This document shows, piece after piece, positions 1-14,058 of a stretch of 64,000 bases of DNA (positions are counted from its first letter, which is position 1; every line of letters starts with the position of its first letter). The stretch comes from Podarcis liolepis (lineage: Eukaryota): assembly GCA_965112155.1 (NCBI GenBank), contig OZ218099.1; one strand, written 5' to 3'. The notes below the pieces were generated by a model that saw only the letters and a program-made list of their open reading frames with translations, was not told where the DNA came from and ran no database searches. A program made the position numbers and the translations under genes.

Positions 1-99
1 GAGGCTGCGAGTTAGCCAACCCTTTTGTTGCATTTTGCCACATCCACATGAATGTCGGCCACCACTTGGGGTCATCAGAATCCACCAGTCCCAACACAG

Positions 100-1100
100 G
101 CCCCCCCCATCTGCTTCAGACGTCCAGCGATCCTTGAGGGAGGTTCCAAGGCAGCGTGAGAGGAGTTGGAAATGGCAACTCTCCAGTGGGTAGTTCCCGG
201 CCTGGGCCCGTCTCGGGCTGCTCTTCCTCGCTTCGCGTGGGCCGTCGGGGCGGATTCCTCTCGCTCGGTGCTTGGCTGGGCGGCGGCGCCCTGCGCGAGG
301 TTCCCTCCCTTCCCCAAGCCAGCTCAAGGGAATGGGCAGGGAGGCGGGAGCGCCGGGCGCCTGGGGAGGGACGGGCCCGGCACTGGAGGAGGACGCCACT
401 TGCACCGGCCGACACCGCCGCCGGCGCCGGAGAAGCCAGCAAGGGCCGCTGCCTCCTAGCGCAGGTGGCCACAAGGAAGCCGGCTCAGGTGCTTCCGGGC
501 GGCCGGGGCAGCCAGCGAGAGCCTACAAACTCCAGGCAAGCGGCTGCGGGGAACCGTCGGTGAGTGTGCGCGTCTTTACGCAGGCCGGGACGTCGGTTTT
601 AGGGAGAGGCGGGATCGACCCATAAAGGGACCGAAGCGTGTCCCATTCACTTCCTCGAAAGTGTGGCCGCGGAGGGGGACTATAGATCCGGCCAGAGCCG
701 GCGTGTTTACCTGGAAGGATCCCCACATGGCTCCTCGTGGAACTTCCTAGGCAGCGCGCTTACGGCGGGCGGCCCACCCTGACTTTGCCGCTAGAGGTAT
801 TCCCCCCCCCCCCCCACCTTGGGAGCAAGAAAGCGAGCATGTAGCCTTACCTCGGCCCGGCCCGTTCCCAGAATGTGGATGAGGTCCCGACGAGGTGATG
901 CCCGAGCCTAGACCCCCGACAGCAACGGGAGCCTGGCACGCGCACCGACGGTGCCTGGAGATGCTGTGCATGTATGGCTACCCTGTGAGCGCGCGTTTTG
1001 CCCTCGGGTAAACTGTGGGGGCAAGATTAGCAGGCGGTGGGGTCTCCCCTTTGTCCGATGGAGTGGGAAAGTGCGGAGGAGGCGCTAGCGGGATCTGCTC
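100..1100. promoter_or_regulatory. CpG island / promoter region of LRRC8E
   Basis: Very GC- and CpG-rich compared with the flanks. Contains a consensus splice donor (TCG|GTGAGT, intron starting at 560) upstream of the LRRC8E coding exons. Boundaries approximate. Confidence 0.75.
430..559 (+). other. LRRC8E: Putative non-coding exon 1 of LRRC8E (5' end uncertain)
   Basis: Donor GTGAGT at 560-565 inside the CpG island. The first coding exon has an acceptor only 5 nt before its ATG, so an upstream non-coding exon is required. Confidence 0.55.
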
Positions 1101-2569
1101 CTCAAAAATGAAGAAACTTTGGGTGAAGAGATCTTCTCAGCTTGCTCAGTTTGTAGCTCCCGAGTTTAGGAAGCTCTTCCCCCAAAAAACTCCATTTGGT
1201 CCGGCTGGAATGGCACCCTGCCCATGCACAAGGGGGCCTTCCTTCCTTAATATTGCATCACAGCCCCCAGGGATGAGCCCTGGCGCTGGAAATGGGCTTG
1301 GTGAGCCTGGGTGGATGGTGGTAGCCATCGCTGAAGGCAAGGGATTGAGCAAGGGTGGGGGTGGTATTGAGACCAGCTCCTGTTGGTGGGCTTCCCATGG
1401 GCATCCGGGTGGCTGTGAGAACAGGACGCTGGACCAGATGGACTTTTAGTGTGATCCAGTTGTGTTGAACTAGACGACAATTCTATGCTTCTTTAATTGT
1501 ATGCACTGTTTTGGCCCCACCATACTTTTAAAGCACACTGCTTCTTGGGAACTGTAGCTTGTTAAGAGGTAAACAACAGTCTACAGGATTATTCAGGGGA
1601 AGCCATGTTCTTTAAATATGCTATGGTACATCTCTACCCAAATGTAACCATTGCAAATGGGCTGCCTGTGGTGGGGAACTTTTAGAACTACCACGGCTTA
1701 AAGTAACTGCTAGAGTTTTCCAATATCTTTAAATACAGGAGCTCTTTCTCTGTGTGTCTCTCAAACTGCAGGGGTAAGGGGAGTAAGGGGAGGACTAGGT
1801 ATGTACCACCAACTCCGACTAAATGTTGTGACTCCTTGGGTGAAAAATAGTCTTGGACTTTCAAGCGTTCTAAAGCAGGTACTCATTGCTTTGTCTCTAC
1901 TTACAGGCTGGTTTTTCCAAGGAATGTATGGGGAGAACAGCAAGGAAAACTAGTTGATAGGAAAGATAAACAATTGAAGGGGAAGTTGGCTAGCAGTTCC
2001 TGCTCCCTGATTCCTTTCAGTGTTACCTGCCTATTTCTGGGAGACTCTTCAGCTTATTTGACAGAGTTTGGGAGCTGCTTATTCACACACAGTTGTGTAT
2101 TCGAAGGCTGCAAACACATTTACACACTGCACATTTAAAGCACCCCTACAAAAAAGAACCATGGGAAATGTAGCTTACACAGAGCTACATTTCCTAGCAC
2201 CCTTAGCAAACTATTATGCAGTTCCTAGGATTCTCTGGGTGGGTGTGCTTTAAATGTATGGCATGTCTGCAGCTTGAGACAATGAAACCACAGCTTGATA
2301 TACCTCCTGTTTTGTTTCCACTTTGACGAAGATAATACGTAGACACACAGCCGCTGGAGTGACTGTAATTTAGAAAGTATTTAGTCTGGACTGGAAGTAG
2401 GGGGATAAGGACAGTCAGTCTGGCACAGAATCTCCCTAATTATAACACATCTTGATTTACTCTCGCTCTCTAGGCACCTGCAGACCCTTCCTCCCTCCCT
2501 CCAGTCCTTCCTTTTATCCAGACAGGCAGGAGGCATTACCAGAGTTCAAGGACACATTCCTGCTTGTTT

Positions 2570-2637
2570 CCTGCTTGACAGGGGGTTGGACTCGATGGCC
2601 CTTGTGGTCTCTTCCAACTCTATGATTCTATGATTCC
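2570..2637 (+). mobile_element. CR1-type LINE 3' end fragment
   Basis: gggggttggactcgatggcc...ttccaactctatgattctatgattc, a CR1-type 3' terminus with ATTCTATG repeats. Confidence 0.65.
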
Positions 2638-2657
2638 AGCTGGGCCTCAAAGTGTGA

Positions 2658-3290
2658 TTTATTTGTTTCTTTATTCAATTTGTATACCTCCCTTCATCAA
2701 AAGATCTCAGAGTGGTAATAAAATACAAGATAATACATAGTAAAAAAAATTAAACCAAAACAACCCCCTTCCCACAGATACATTTGAAAGGCTATAGGAT
2801 ATTAATCAGCCAAAGGCCTGGCTGAAAATTATCGTTTCCTCCTGGTGCCTAAAAATATGTAATAAAGGCCCAGGCGATCCTCCCTGGGGAGAGTATTCCA
2901 CAAATGGGGAGCCACTGCAGAAAAGGCCCGCTCTTGTGTTGCCACCTTCTCAGCAGCGTAGCGTGGGTTGTCAGCACCCGGGGCAAGGCAAGTAATTTGC
3001 GCCCCCAACCCGTGGATTTGCGCCCCCTAACCCCCAGATGTTGCGCCCGGTGCGGCCGGCCCCCCCGCAACCCCACGCTACGCCACTGCACCTTCTGGAC
3101 CTCATGTGGATGAGGTGTACGAAGAAGGGCCTCAGATGATGAACACAGAGTCCGGGATGGTTTAATATGGGGAGAGGCCGTTCCTGTGAAGAAGGGATAG
3201 TGAGAAGTGTGGTCTGGATAGAGTCCCAAGGGCCATATAGAAAGGGTTGCATTTGGCCTGCAGGCATGAGGTTTCCCACCCCCGCTTTAC
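2658..3290 (-). mobile_element. LINE (L2-like) 3' fragment interrupted by a hAT MITE
   Basis: The reverse complement of 2790-2890 matches the + strand copy at ~14427-14525. A-rich tail at the left end. Family assignment is by resemblance only. Confidence 0.5.
2951..3088. mobile_element. 138-bp hAT-type MITE
   Basis: TIRs cagcagcgtagcgtggg / cccacgctacgccactg (15/17 match) and a perfect 8-bp target-site duplication CACCTTCT at 2943-2950 and 3089-3096. Confidence 0.85.
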
Positions 3291-6200
3291 GCCAAGGGGC
3301 TTTTTTAAAAAAAGGTGAAATGAAATAAATAATGGGATGTATTTTAGTGGAGAGAGGATGAAAGGTGGCCAGTGAAAGGAGCAGGAGAAGGCAGAGGGAT
3401 TAGCAGGTGGGGGAAATGATTTGGAAGGCAGAATTCCTGGGTGCTCCACTCTTTCTTTCTTTTTTGGAAGGTATACGCCATCTAAGATTAGAATGGAAGG
3501 CAGGTACAGGTAGTTTGGGAACCAAAGCATATTGTTGTTGTTTTAAAAAAACTTCTTTTCTTTAAACTGGGCGGAGACAGGAGCAGAAGAGCTGGTAGCC
3601 AGGATGCCCTGGAGCTATTTCTGTTCCAAGAGATCTTTCTATGGAAAATTACTACTCATAACATTAACTTTTATATAAGTTCCATTACTTTCAGAACATT
3701 TTACAAGTCCCATTAAAAGCTTGATTATTCAAATTGCTGGATTTGCCCTCTGTTCACCCCCTCCCCCTTCTTTTTCCCTTGGCTGCTTCCTCTGAATGGT
3801 AACCTTCAGAGATAATTACCCGGCTGGTTTGGTGCTCATAGAAACCAGAACCTTATGCAGACAGTGTCTGTTTCAGCTGTTCAGACATGTTCTTATGGAA
3901 GAAGCTAAGAAAGGGCATGAGCCAGCTCTTAGCAACAGGAGACAAATTGATGTTGGGGAACAGCACCAATGATCTACCATGGAGGGATATTGGTTCTGGC
4001 CAAAGATTCATCTTGCCCAGCATCACATTGGCCAACCAGATGCCCATGGGAATCCTGCAAGAGAACTTCCCTGCCTGTGTTTCCCACAAACAAGTATGCA
4101 GAGGCATGTTGACGCCAACAGAGGAGGCAGAATATCCACAAATTTGCCTATCCAAGTTGGTGGCCAACCCTCAATCTTGTGGGAGCAAATTCTACAGTTT
4201 AGCTACACACTGTGTGAAGAAGGGCTTTCCTTTGTTCTGAATCTTCTGACATTTAGCTTCATTGAATGTCTCTGGGTTCTATTATATGTGAGAGGGAGGA
4301 ATAACTTATTTCTATTTTCTCGACTCCATACCTAATTCTATCTAGCACGTCTCCTGCTTACTTGACCTTTTTTGAAACTAGAAAGCCCCAAATCTTGTAA
4401 GCTTTTTTCATGTGGAAGTTGCTCCAAGCCACTTGGTCATCCTGGTTGCCCTTCCTTGGGGTGATTTGGGTGTCTCCCCTGGTGCAATGTATAACAACAC
4501 CCCTCTTGTTAATTATTGGACTTGCACTTGAGGAGCGTCTTAGTAAATTGCACCCAATGATCTTTTGTAACAGGTTAGTAGTGGTGAGAAAACAAGTTCT
4601 ACAACTCTTGGAAGGCTGGGAAGGATAATGGAAACCAACACCTTTTTTCGCTTTCAATAGTCTCTTTGTGGAAGTGCCTTTCCACCATCAAAATTGACTT
4701 TGATCTGGAGGACTCTCTTGCCAGTTGCTGCCAGGCCTGTCTCAGTTAAACCATTTGGCTGACTCTGAAGAGTCAAAGAGAGTCTACCACATTTATTTAT
4801 TCATTTCCATTTATTGTTTCCTATAAAATCTCTTGATAAGTGATTTCACAGTAAAAAAAAAAAAAATCAGCAAGAAAAATGATTTCAAGTCTAATACAAA
4901 AGATCTCCACTTAAAAGGCTTGTTAATAAAAGGAAGGTCTGCAATGGACGCTGCAAATACCATAGAGACAGTGCCTGCCTGATGTGTAAATGGGAGGGAA
5001 TTCCAAAGAGCAGGTACCTCCATACTAAAAGCCAAATTCCTGTATCATATGGAACAGCCCATCCCTTTCAGAGTGCAATGACCAGCTGGGTATACAAGAG
5101 GTGAGGGTATCATTTAGGTATCCTAGTCTCAACCTGTATACCCAAACCAACAGTTTGAATTTAGCTTGGTAACTAATCAGCAGCCAGTGCAATTCTTTCT
5201 GCAGTAGCGTAACATGATGGCGGTAGTCTTAGTCAAGCCCTACAGAGACTGTATTGCAGCAATCCAGGGGGGTGGGGTGGAGAGGGTTACCAGTACATGG
5301 ATGACAGTGGTCAATCTATCCTGGTCCAATTTGACATCTCTTAAACCACATAGTTTTGGGAGTCTGAATTAGATTAAGGAAATGTTGGCATGGGGAGAGT
5401 CTAGAGAGAAGCACATTTTTCACACTTTTTCTAAAGTGTTATTTACTTTGGAACTATAACTTCATCAGTCAAGTTGGATGAATCCTGCTTGATGAAGATG
5501 AGATGGTGATAAAATCAAACATCTGAGGCATATGTATCAATGTACAGTAGTGCAATGTTTTAGAACTGGAGATGGAGGTAGAAACATCAGTTGGCTGCTT
5601 TTAGCTCTGTATTTGTTTTCATCATTGATGTAATTCTGTTGCTTATCCTTTGTTGTGCATCACTCTGGGCTCTGTTGGAGGAAGGGTGATTCGCAACACA
5701 ATTAATTACTATTGTTATGAAAAAAATAATATAGAAAATCTCCGTACTGTACTAAGCACAGTATGTTTTCCCTGCATGGTTCCCCCGCCCCCAGTTAACC
5801 AACACCTAAACTTCATGCTGACCTTTCATATTTACACATTTCACTGTTTGCACATTGTTGGGAACCTGCAATTGTACTGAGAAGCCACAGCCATCTACAC
5901 ACAGTTTATGTGTGGTGAAACTGATGAAGCCATTCAGGGACCACCAGATTCCATTGATGCTCAGTCTGCTGCCATGCTGCCCTCTGCTGTTCTGAAATTT
6001 GCCCATGCAGTTTCCGTTTATGTTCCTCTTCGATAGAATGACTAGCACAGAGCAATCAAGGACCATCAGAGGCAGATCCTACATGCCTACCAAGAGAAGA
6101 GAAGTCATTGTTGGGGGTCATAGGATAAACAGAAAGGGAGATGAAAACAGATCGCACCCTCTGATCATACTGCTAAAGAGTATCTTCCTTCTGGATTTTG

Positions 6201-7589
6201 GTAGGGCTGAGGCAACACTAGACTTTAGAGGCAGGATTAACATTCCCACCTCCTTGGTTCTCCTTGGCACATTCCATGCTGCTCCTCCAACATCTTTGGC
6301 CAGGCCAGTGTAGCGAGAGCACTACTATAGCAACCAGAATCTCAGAGACTGCTCTGTTCTATGGTGCCAGAGTCTAGGTGCTGGGCAGGAATGTAGCAGT
6401 GAAGGTTGCTCTTTTAGGGTTTCTGCAGAAGGTGTCATCCAGAGGACAGATACACATGTAACTCCTGATTCTGCCATCCCATCCTAAACCAAAAGAGAGG
6501 AGACGAAGGAATTTTGCATAAGCTATAGCAAGGAGATTGCCATACCTACACCAGTCTATTCAAAGATTAGATTTTCTCCTGGTGGTGTTGGAAGCCAGAT
6601 CCATCTTCGCCATGAGTACTCTATTTGGGTAAGTGAGTAGGTCTTGGCCTCCTCGATGAAGAAGGCATGGCTGCACATTTACATCTCTGAGAATCTTGCA
6701 TAGAAGGCAGTATAATTGGTAGCATAGTGGGATCATCTGAATAGACAACACTGATCCCGTTATTCCAGTGTGACACTATTGGGCATTATATTCCCAGTGG
6801 CATCATATACCAGGCAGATTCATGTGGCCCTGAGCCTCGTCCTTCCATCCCCAAGACCAGGGTCCAAACTATGAATATACCTCTCTTGTTCAACTCTCAA
6901 TACCAGACCCTACAAAAAAATACCTGTCCTAAAAATAAAAATTTGCTTCCACATAGGCTTGTACTTCAAACTACCACAATAAAATCTATAAGCATCATCA
7001 CTTGGGGGGACTGTTAGGTTGCCAGCGTTGCTATCTGTATTTTTCTATTTTCCCTGTGTATATAAATATGTTAGCAAACACAAGCGAGGAATGGCAGTTT
7101 CTTGAATTCTTGCGTGAGTCCCCTCTGCAGCAATGTTGCTGACCAGATAGCCCTGCCTTGCCCTGCCTTGGTGCTGGGTGTGGCAGCCATATAAAAACAG
7201 TGGGTTTTCTTGGTCTTTGAAATAAGCTGCCTCACTGTGAGATGTGGATGCTGGCCCATGAAAGAGGAAGTAGCATGTCAAAGCACTGCAAGGGGTCCTT
7301 ATGGGCCTAGAGATGCTACTGCAGTAGATGCCAGAGTCTGCCTAATTTGGCTATGTTTTCTGCCAGGTGTAAACACTGGCTATTAAAGTGTTTTAGGGCA
7401 GGCACCAATCTAGAAGGAAGCTCCCTCTTCATGTGCATGGTATTGCCCCAGTGGTGTATGTATGTCGGACAAAAGACACCTAGGTTGTGCAAGAACAGGA
7501 AGAGATTATAGGCCCTGCAGCCAGCCCATGAGCATTGCTAAAAGTGAGAGCTGACTGTTCTAATCCTTCACTGTCTTTTGGCAGGCAGT

Positions 7590-7727
7590 ATGATCCCGGT
7601 GGCCGAATTCAAGCAGTTCACAGACCAGCAGCCTGCTTTCAAGGTTCTCAAGCCATGGTGGGATGTGTTGGCCGAGTACATCACCATAGCCATGCTGATG
7701 ATAGGAGTTTTTGGCTGCACTTTGCAG
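7590..7727 (+). CDS. LRRC8E: LRRC8E coding exon 1 (46 codons, [10 protein letters not shown]...GCTLQ)
   Basis: Acceptor ttttggcag ending at 7584, ATG at 7590, donor CAG|GTGAGT at 7728. The N-terminus [30 protein letters not shown] matches LRRC8E. Confidence 0.95.
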
Positions 7728-8909
7728 GTGAGTGCGTATGGGGGGAGCCCACGCAGTGCCTAGATGCCGCCATGGTGTCATAGAATCAGAGGGTTGTAGA
7801 GTTGGAAAGGACCCTCGCAATGCAGGCGTCGCAGCTAGAGCATCCGTGAAAGATGGCCATCCAACGTCTGCTTGAAAACCTCCAAGGAAGGAGAATTGGA
7901 ATCATTGGAATCTTGGGGTGATGTTCCACTGCCCATGGGAGAAGAGGCTCTAAATGTTTGGGGGCAGTCTGGGCAAGGGTGGAAATGACCCTAGCACAGA
8001 AATGGTCAACTTCTACAGCCTGGGGGGTTGGATTCTCTGCAGCCCACCACTTGTAAGGGGTGGCGGCCTAGCACTGTGCAGCCTCAGTAATGTAGGCAGG
8101 GAGGCTCTGTTCTCCAAACGTTGAAGACCGACTTCTCTCCTACATGGCAGAGATGAGAGATTGAGTATTGAGTTTACTGTATTCATGCAGCCTTAGTACA
8201 GAGAAGAAGGTATGGGAGCCACAACTTTTAAGATTCTACCCCATGTTACAGAAAGGGCATGAAGTATTAGGTGATATATACCAAAGCAGGCCGGGGAAGG
8301 ACCTCTGTGCCATGACTTCACCTTCTCTTGCCAATGCTTTATCATAACATTCCTCAGATCCAAAGAAGCCTACAGAGCATTAGATCCTTGGGAAGGAAAG
8401 ATAAGACATGTCTCATATAACCCCTCATTCTGTAATCAGTATGGAAAACGCAGCCCTATAGCTGACACAGCATAGAAAATGCATGCAGACGAGTTATTAG
8501 CAGATTTATACAGGGGCAGATTTCCCCTTGGTCCCTTTAGTATTAAGACTAGATTATCAGTTCATTTAAATTAGCTCCATTTTGACTACACATGAAGCAG
8601 TATTAGATATTAGACTTTGTCATTTCAGACTACAGTTGGGGGAGGATCCTTTTTTAATAACACGTAGAACAAAAACTCCTTAAAAGTGAAACCAGCACAT
8701 CAGAAAGAGCTGTTCTAGACCAGCCCACTCCTTGCTATGCTAGTTTTCTACCTGCAGGGACTTTTTTAAAAACATATGAAGAGGTACAGTCCATTCAGCC
8801 ACTTCAAGGCTTTCCTTGTTCATCCCCACCTGATATAAACTGTTGCGTTCTACCACCAGCCTGTTTTCTATCATGTTCCTCTCTTCTCTTTCCTAACCTG
8901 ATGTGACAG

Positions 8910-11162
8910 GTGACACAAGATAAGATTATCTGCCTTCCCAACCATGTGCCTGATGGCACAACCTTCACTGGTGCATCTTGTGAAGATTTCACGAAGAAGA
9001 GAGCCAATGCCTCTGAGCCAATAGGACCCTCCGCCAACCAGCGAATGAATGGATTGAAGAACAACCTAGACCTCCAACAGTACAGCTACATCAATCAGAT
9101 GTGCTATGAGACGGCCCTCCATTGGTATGCCAAATACTTCCCATACCTCGTGGTCATCCACACCCTCATCTTCATGGCGTGCACCTCGTTCTGGTTCAAG
9201 TTTCCTGGGACCAGTTCCAAGATTGAGCATTTTATCTCCATCCTGAGCAAGTGCTTTGACTCGCCCTGGACTACTCGAGCCATCTCTGAAGTCTCTGGGG
9301 ATAACCAGGAAAATGCATTCTTAGAGAAGGGGTACCGGAGGAGGAAAAGCAGTGCTCCCAGCGAGACAGCTGAGCTCAATCCCCCCGGGGGATCGGTGTC
9401 AGAAAAGAAGGTTTCAGAGTCCTCCCCGGTTAGCCTATTGGACAAAAAGGAAGGGGAGCAGGCCAAGGCTCTCTTTGAAAAGGTGAAGAAGTTCCGGCTC
9501 CACGTTGAAAAAGGAGACATCCTTTACACCATGTATATCCGCCAAACCGTTCTCAAAGTCTTCAAGTTTCTCGTCATCATTGTCTACAATGCAGCCTTGG
9601 TTTCCAATATCAGCTTCATTGTGCCATGCACTGTCAGGATGGAGGATATGACGGGCTATGACCATTTCTGCTGCAACCACACCAAAGCCCACCTCTTCTC
9701 CAAACTGGCCATCTGCTACATCTGCTTCCTTGGCATATATGGCATGACGTGTCTCTACACCCTCTACTGGCTGTTTCACCGGCCGCTGAAAGAGTACTCC
9801 TTTCAATTTGCACGCAACGAGACAGGCATCAGCGACATTCCTGACGTCAAGAACGACTTTGCTTTCATGCTCCACCTCATTGACCAGTATGATTCCCTCT
9901 ACTCCAAGCGCTTTGCTGTCTTCCTTTCCGAGGTCAGCGAGTTCAGACTCAAGCAGATCAACCTCAGTCATGAGTGGACGGTGGACAAACTGCGGCAGAA
10001 GCTGCAAACCAACGCCCAAGGCCGGCTGGAGCTCCATCTCTTCATGCTACCAGGGTTGCCTGACACCACCTTTGAGCTGAATGAGCTGCAGTCCCTGAAG
10101 CTGGAGCTCCTCAAAGATGTGACATTCCCACCCTCAGTGACTCAGCTGGCCCAGCTCCAGGAGCTCACACTGATCAACTCTCCCGTCAAGCTCTCTTTCA
10201 CCTCTCTTATGTTCTTCCGTGAGCAGCTGAAGGTAATGACTGTGAAGTTTGATGACATCAAAGATATACCACTATGGACCTACAACTTGAGAGGCTTGGA
10301 AGAGCTGCACATCTCAGGACTTTTCAGTCTAGAGATGGGCCGGGCAGGGACTCTGGAGAACCTGCGTGAGCTGAGGAATCTAAAGACCTTGACTCTGCAC
10401 AGCAACATCTCAAAACTGCCACCTAGCGTGTCTGACGTTGCCGCCCATCTGCAGAAGCTCAGGATCTACAATGATGGGACTAAGCTAGTGACCCTCAACA
10501 ATCTCAAGAAGCTCTTCTCTGTGCAAGAAGTGGCGCTGATAAACTGCAACCTGGAACGCATCCCCCATGCTGTCTTCAGCCTGGTGAACATGCAGCAGTT
10601 GGACCTCAAGGATAACCAGCTGCAGTCCATTGCAGAGATCATCAGCTTCCAGCATTGCCGCAAGCTGGTGTGCCTCAAACTTTGGCACAACCACATTTCC
10701 AGCATTCCTGAACACTTCCGCAAGCTCAAGACCCTAGAGCAGCTTGACCTCAGCCATAACCGCATTGAGGTCCTCCCTTCCCAACTATTCCAGTGTTCTA
10801 GGCTGCACACTTTGGACCTTTCCTATAACAATATCCAGGTCATTCCCCCTGGGATGGGAGTCCTGCAGAGCCTTCAGCATTTTGCCATTTCTCACAACTC
10901 CTTAGAGGCACTGCCAAATGAAATCTTCTTCTGCAAGCAGCTCCGGGTTCTCAAAGTGGGACACAACAAACTGCATCGCCTCTCTGACCGCGTGAGTTGG
11001 CTGCCTTTGCTCTCCACGCTAGACTTGAGAGGAAACCCCCTTCAGGCCCTTCCCTTGGAGATTGGCCAGTGCCCAGTGCTCAAACGGAGTGGCCTGCTGG
11101 TGGAGAGCAGCCTTTATGAGGCGTTGCCTTTGGAAATTAGGGAGAAAATGGAGGATCAGTGA
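8910..11162 (+). CDS. LRRC8E: LRRC8E coding exon 2 (pore domain remainder plus LRR domain); spliced protein 796 aa, volume-regulated anion channel subunit
   Basis: Acceptor gtgacag at 8903-8909, phase 0. Motifs [66 protein letters not shown], an LRR array and C-terminal REKMEDQ. Position just upstream of MAP2K7, as in mammals. Confidence 0.95.
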   Translation: MTQDKIICLPNHVPDGTTFTGASCEDFTKKRANASEPIGPSANQRMNGLKNNLDLQQYSYINQMCYETALHWYAKYFPYLVVIHTLIFMACTSFWFKFPGTSSKIEHFISILSKCFDSPWTTRAISEVSGDNQENAFLEKGYRRRKSSAPSETAELNPPGGSVSEKKVSESSPVSLLDKKEGEQAKALFEKVKKFRLHVEKGDILYTMYIRQTVLKVFKFLVIIVYNAALVSNISFIVPCTVRMEDMTGYDHFCCNHTKAHLFSKLAICYICFLGIYGMTCLYTLYWLFHRPLKEYSFQFARNETGISDIPDVKNDFAFMLHLIDQYDSLYSKRFAVFLSEVSEFRLKQINLSHEWTVDKLRQKLQTNAQGRLELHLFMLPGLPDTTFELNELQSLKLELLKDVTFPPSVTQLAQLQELTLINSPVKLSFTSLMFFREQLKVMTVKFDDIKDIPLWTYNLRGLEELHISGLFSLEMGRAGTLENLRELRNLKTLTLHSNISKLPPSVSDVAAHLQKLRIYNDGTKLVTLNNLKKLFSVQEVALINCNLERIPHAVFSLVNMQQLDLKDNQLQSIAEIISFQHCRKLVCLKLWHNHISSIPEHFRKLKTLEQLDLSHNRIEVLPSQLFQCSRLHTLDLSYNNIQVIPPGMGVLQSLQHFAISHNSLEALPNEIFFCKQLRVLKVGHNKLHRLSDRVSWLPLLSTLDLRGNPLQALPLEIGQCPVLKRSGLLVESSLYEALPLEIREKMEDQ

Positions 11163-12675
11163 TGAGGAGAATGATAAAGGGGACAGGGGTGTCCTCTCAT
11201 TTGTTGGCCCCTTTGAGTCCAAGCATGGACTGAATGGGGGAGCTGGCTGGAGTTCTATCTTCGGCTGGAACCAAGGAGGGAATGGGAACTTTTCACCCTA
11301 ATAAGGGAGCAAAGGAATTGAAAAGACACAATAAAGAGCAAAAGTAGAAAGTGACTTTTAAAAAAATAACCCTGTTTTCTGAATGGATAAGACCACAGGA
11401 ATTGTCCATTGGGGCGGAGGCGGAAGCACAGCTACACCTGACCAAATCATCATTATAGCTATTTTTGTACATGTGTTGTGTACTGGTGTATCTTTGTGAA
11501 ATGCCCTGGGGCTTTGCGGGATTGTTTTGTTCAAAACTCCTATCTCTGTTCCCTTCTCCTCATCAATGTGTTCAGCTCGCAGGCCTGTAGCTTACAAAGC
11601 CCATCTTTTGAGCTTATTAGAAAACTTTCTTTTCTGCAGTTTCAAATGCCTATATATCATGGGGTGGGGAATCAGGGACAGGCAACTCTTCAACAGGGAA
11701 ATAGCCTAATTCCTTTTACTTCTTTGTTCCAAGAAGGGCTGTGTTCCTTAGCACTGGACGGCCAGAGCACAATGCCTTCACATACCACTGACTGTAAGGA
11801 ATCTTCTGATGTTTGTGTGTGTCTGTGTACATATGCATGTATACCTTAATCCCTTCTGGTTTCTGTTTTTGTCACATTCTAATCAGGGTGACATTAGTTT
11901 ATCAGTTCTTCTTGAGTGCTAGAGCTGAACTTTCTGGCTGTTCAGATCTCTTCCCTCTTCAGGCTAGGAGAGCCTAGCACCTCAGATCCTCTTCAGAACT
12001 CACTTCCTCTCTCATTACCTTCTCACGTAATTTCAGTGAGCACCACACATGGAAGAGAGGAGGAATCCTGCACTGTGAAAACCCATCCTCACTACCACTC
12101 ATGAAAAGCCACCTCATTTCGCCCTGGAGCCTTTAATCAGTTCTCCACATATTCCAATCCCAGCATAGGTTGAAGTCGCTTTCTCACTCCTCCTATAAGC
12201 ACAGACATTCTTTCTACCCATTTTCTGTAATCAAGGTAGGTAAGTGCCTTTTGCTTAGCACATGAAGGGAGATGTGGGACTCCCCCCCCCCCCAATGCTG
12301 CCTTTGGTTCAAGTTGGCTGAGCTGATTTCCCAGGTGGCTTGGGCTTGCTTCTGTTTCATCCCTTTGGGTCTCAGCTCTCTTATGGCCTCTTGAGACGCA
12401 AGCAGACTCTTCTGGGCCTGCCATAACCTGGCCTTCTCTTCCTGCTTTATCTGATTGCAGAGCACTTTGGGGCATGTAAAAGCCATTGGAAAAGAGACCC
12501 TGCTTCCTCAGTGGCAAAGCAACTCAAAGCTGGTCTCAGAATCCTACCTGTTGGCAGCAGACTGCTTCATATCCAGTTAAAGTATGTTTAGAAAAAGTTT
12601 ATTAAAAATAAGAGAGAGCTGAAATGCATGGCATTAAGAAACAATAGTGCACACTTTTAGCAGATGCTGTGCTAG

Positions 12676-12726
12676 CTCTCTCTCTCTCCCTCTCTCTCTC
12701 TGTGTGTGTGTGTGTGTGTGTGTGTG
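12676..12726. repeat. Compound (CT)n(GT)n microsatellite
   Basis: Directly visible. Confidence 0.9.
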
Positions 12727-13552
12727 CGCACATGTAATGTTCCTAACCCCCCACTTGTCTTTGCTCATAGAGTTGCTTTGTCCTTAGAAACCTCACAATC
12801 TGGTCCGAAATAGTTTAGTTCATATGTCTTCTGCCAGATTCAATACACAGAGGTGGTTGGATAATGATTTCACCTTCCATTTGTTGAGAACTAGTTGCTT
12901 GAGGGAACTTGCACAATAAGGGAGAGGTTGCAGTAGTCCCTGGTAATTATTGTTTTGGTTAATGAAGTCCTAAATTCAGAGCCTGCTGAACAACGAAGGC
13001 TGAAGTCCTGTGCACACATAACGGGAATAAATCCCACTTGCACTTGAGTCAGCATTCATAAGACCCAATAGAAAGGTGGCAAGGAGACAGCCATATCTAT
13101 TTGCACTCTTGCCAGCAGTCCTTGGGACTCAGCTGCTGAGCCTTGGTTTTGACAGGAGCAAGCTGTGCCCTACACTGGGGCAACCAGGCAACCAGCCAGC
13201 CAATGCTTCATACCTGGGAATGGCACAATAGGCCTCATTCCTCATGCCCTGGTGGTTGTTGGAGGAGGAGGAGGAGATGGGTGGGAATGTGAAGCAATGG
13301 GTGGGAAGGAGAACCTGCTATGTGACTCACTGGGAGAAACCAACCAACATAGCTGCATTTTGGGAGTGCTTCTGAGGCCATAAAATTGGAAGAGGCTGTT
13401 CTGCAGCAAGGTTGTAAAACAGGCCTATTGTGCAGGAACATGCTTTAGTAGCATGAATAACACTGTGGTGGGTGGCCTGGTGTTTACATGAGCATGCACC
13501 AAAGTAATTATTTGGCAGTTCACACTTTTGTTTTCCTGGCAAAATGCATTTA

Positions 13553-13770
13553 CAGTGGTACCTCAGGTTAAGAACTTAATTCGTTTCGGAGGTCCGTTCT
13601 TAACCTGAAATTGTTCTTAACCTGAAGCACCACTTTAGCTAATGGGGCCTCCCGCTGCCGCCGTGCCACGATTTCTGTTCTCAACCTGAAGCAAAGTTCT
13701 TAACTCAAGGTACTATTTCTGGGGTAGCGGAGTCTGTAACCTGAAGCGTTTTTAACCTGAGGTACCACTG
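13553..13770. mobile_element. Tc1/mariner (pogo/Tigger-like) MITE, 218 bp
   Basis: TIRs cagtggtacctcaggttaa / ttaacctgaggtaccactg flanked by TA on both sides. Inverted relative to the copy at 19518-19743. Confidence 0.85.
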
Positions 13771-13890
13771 TACTTAAAAGACTTAAATAACATTGAGGGG
13801 CGGGTAGAAGAAATGCCAGCAGAATTAAAACAGATGTAAAACATTGTAAAAGGCCAGAGTCAATGTAAGAGATCTTCAGTTAATTGGGTA

Positions 13891-14058
13891 GGAGGCGTAA
13901 CTTAGTGGTAAAGCACATGCAAAAGGCCACCTCAGTCTCCAGGTGAAGGATAACAGGCGATAGCTAATATTCACCTACTTGAGCCGCTGCTCAGAGTAAA
14001 CATTACTGAGCTAGATGGACCAAGAGCCCTACCTGGTATAAGGTAGAATCCTATGTTC
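13891..14058 (+). mobile_element. Degenerate tRNA-derived SINE
   Basis: tRNA-like head (gtaacttagtggtaaagcacatg) and 3' part ctgagctagatggaccaa...cctatgttcc. Similar to 21390-21572. Confidence 0.5.

Noticed and set aside
75-1480. Multiple overlapping GC-rich ORFs
   Set aside because: Low-complexity Arg/Gly/Pro/Ala translations are expected from stop-poor CpG-island DNA; no recognisable homology.
8910-8912. ORF-track start 'M' of the 750-aa ORF
   Set aside because: It is a GTG (Val) right after a splice acceptor; the true start is ATG 7590.
9104-10810. Antisense ORFs within LRRC8E
   Set aside because: Shadow ORFs caused by codon bias of the sense CDS.
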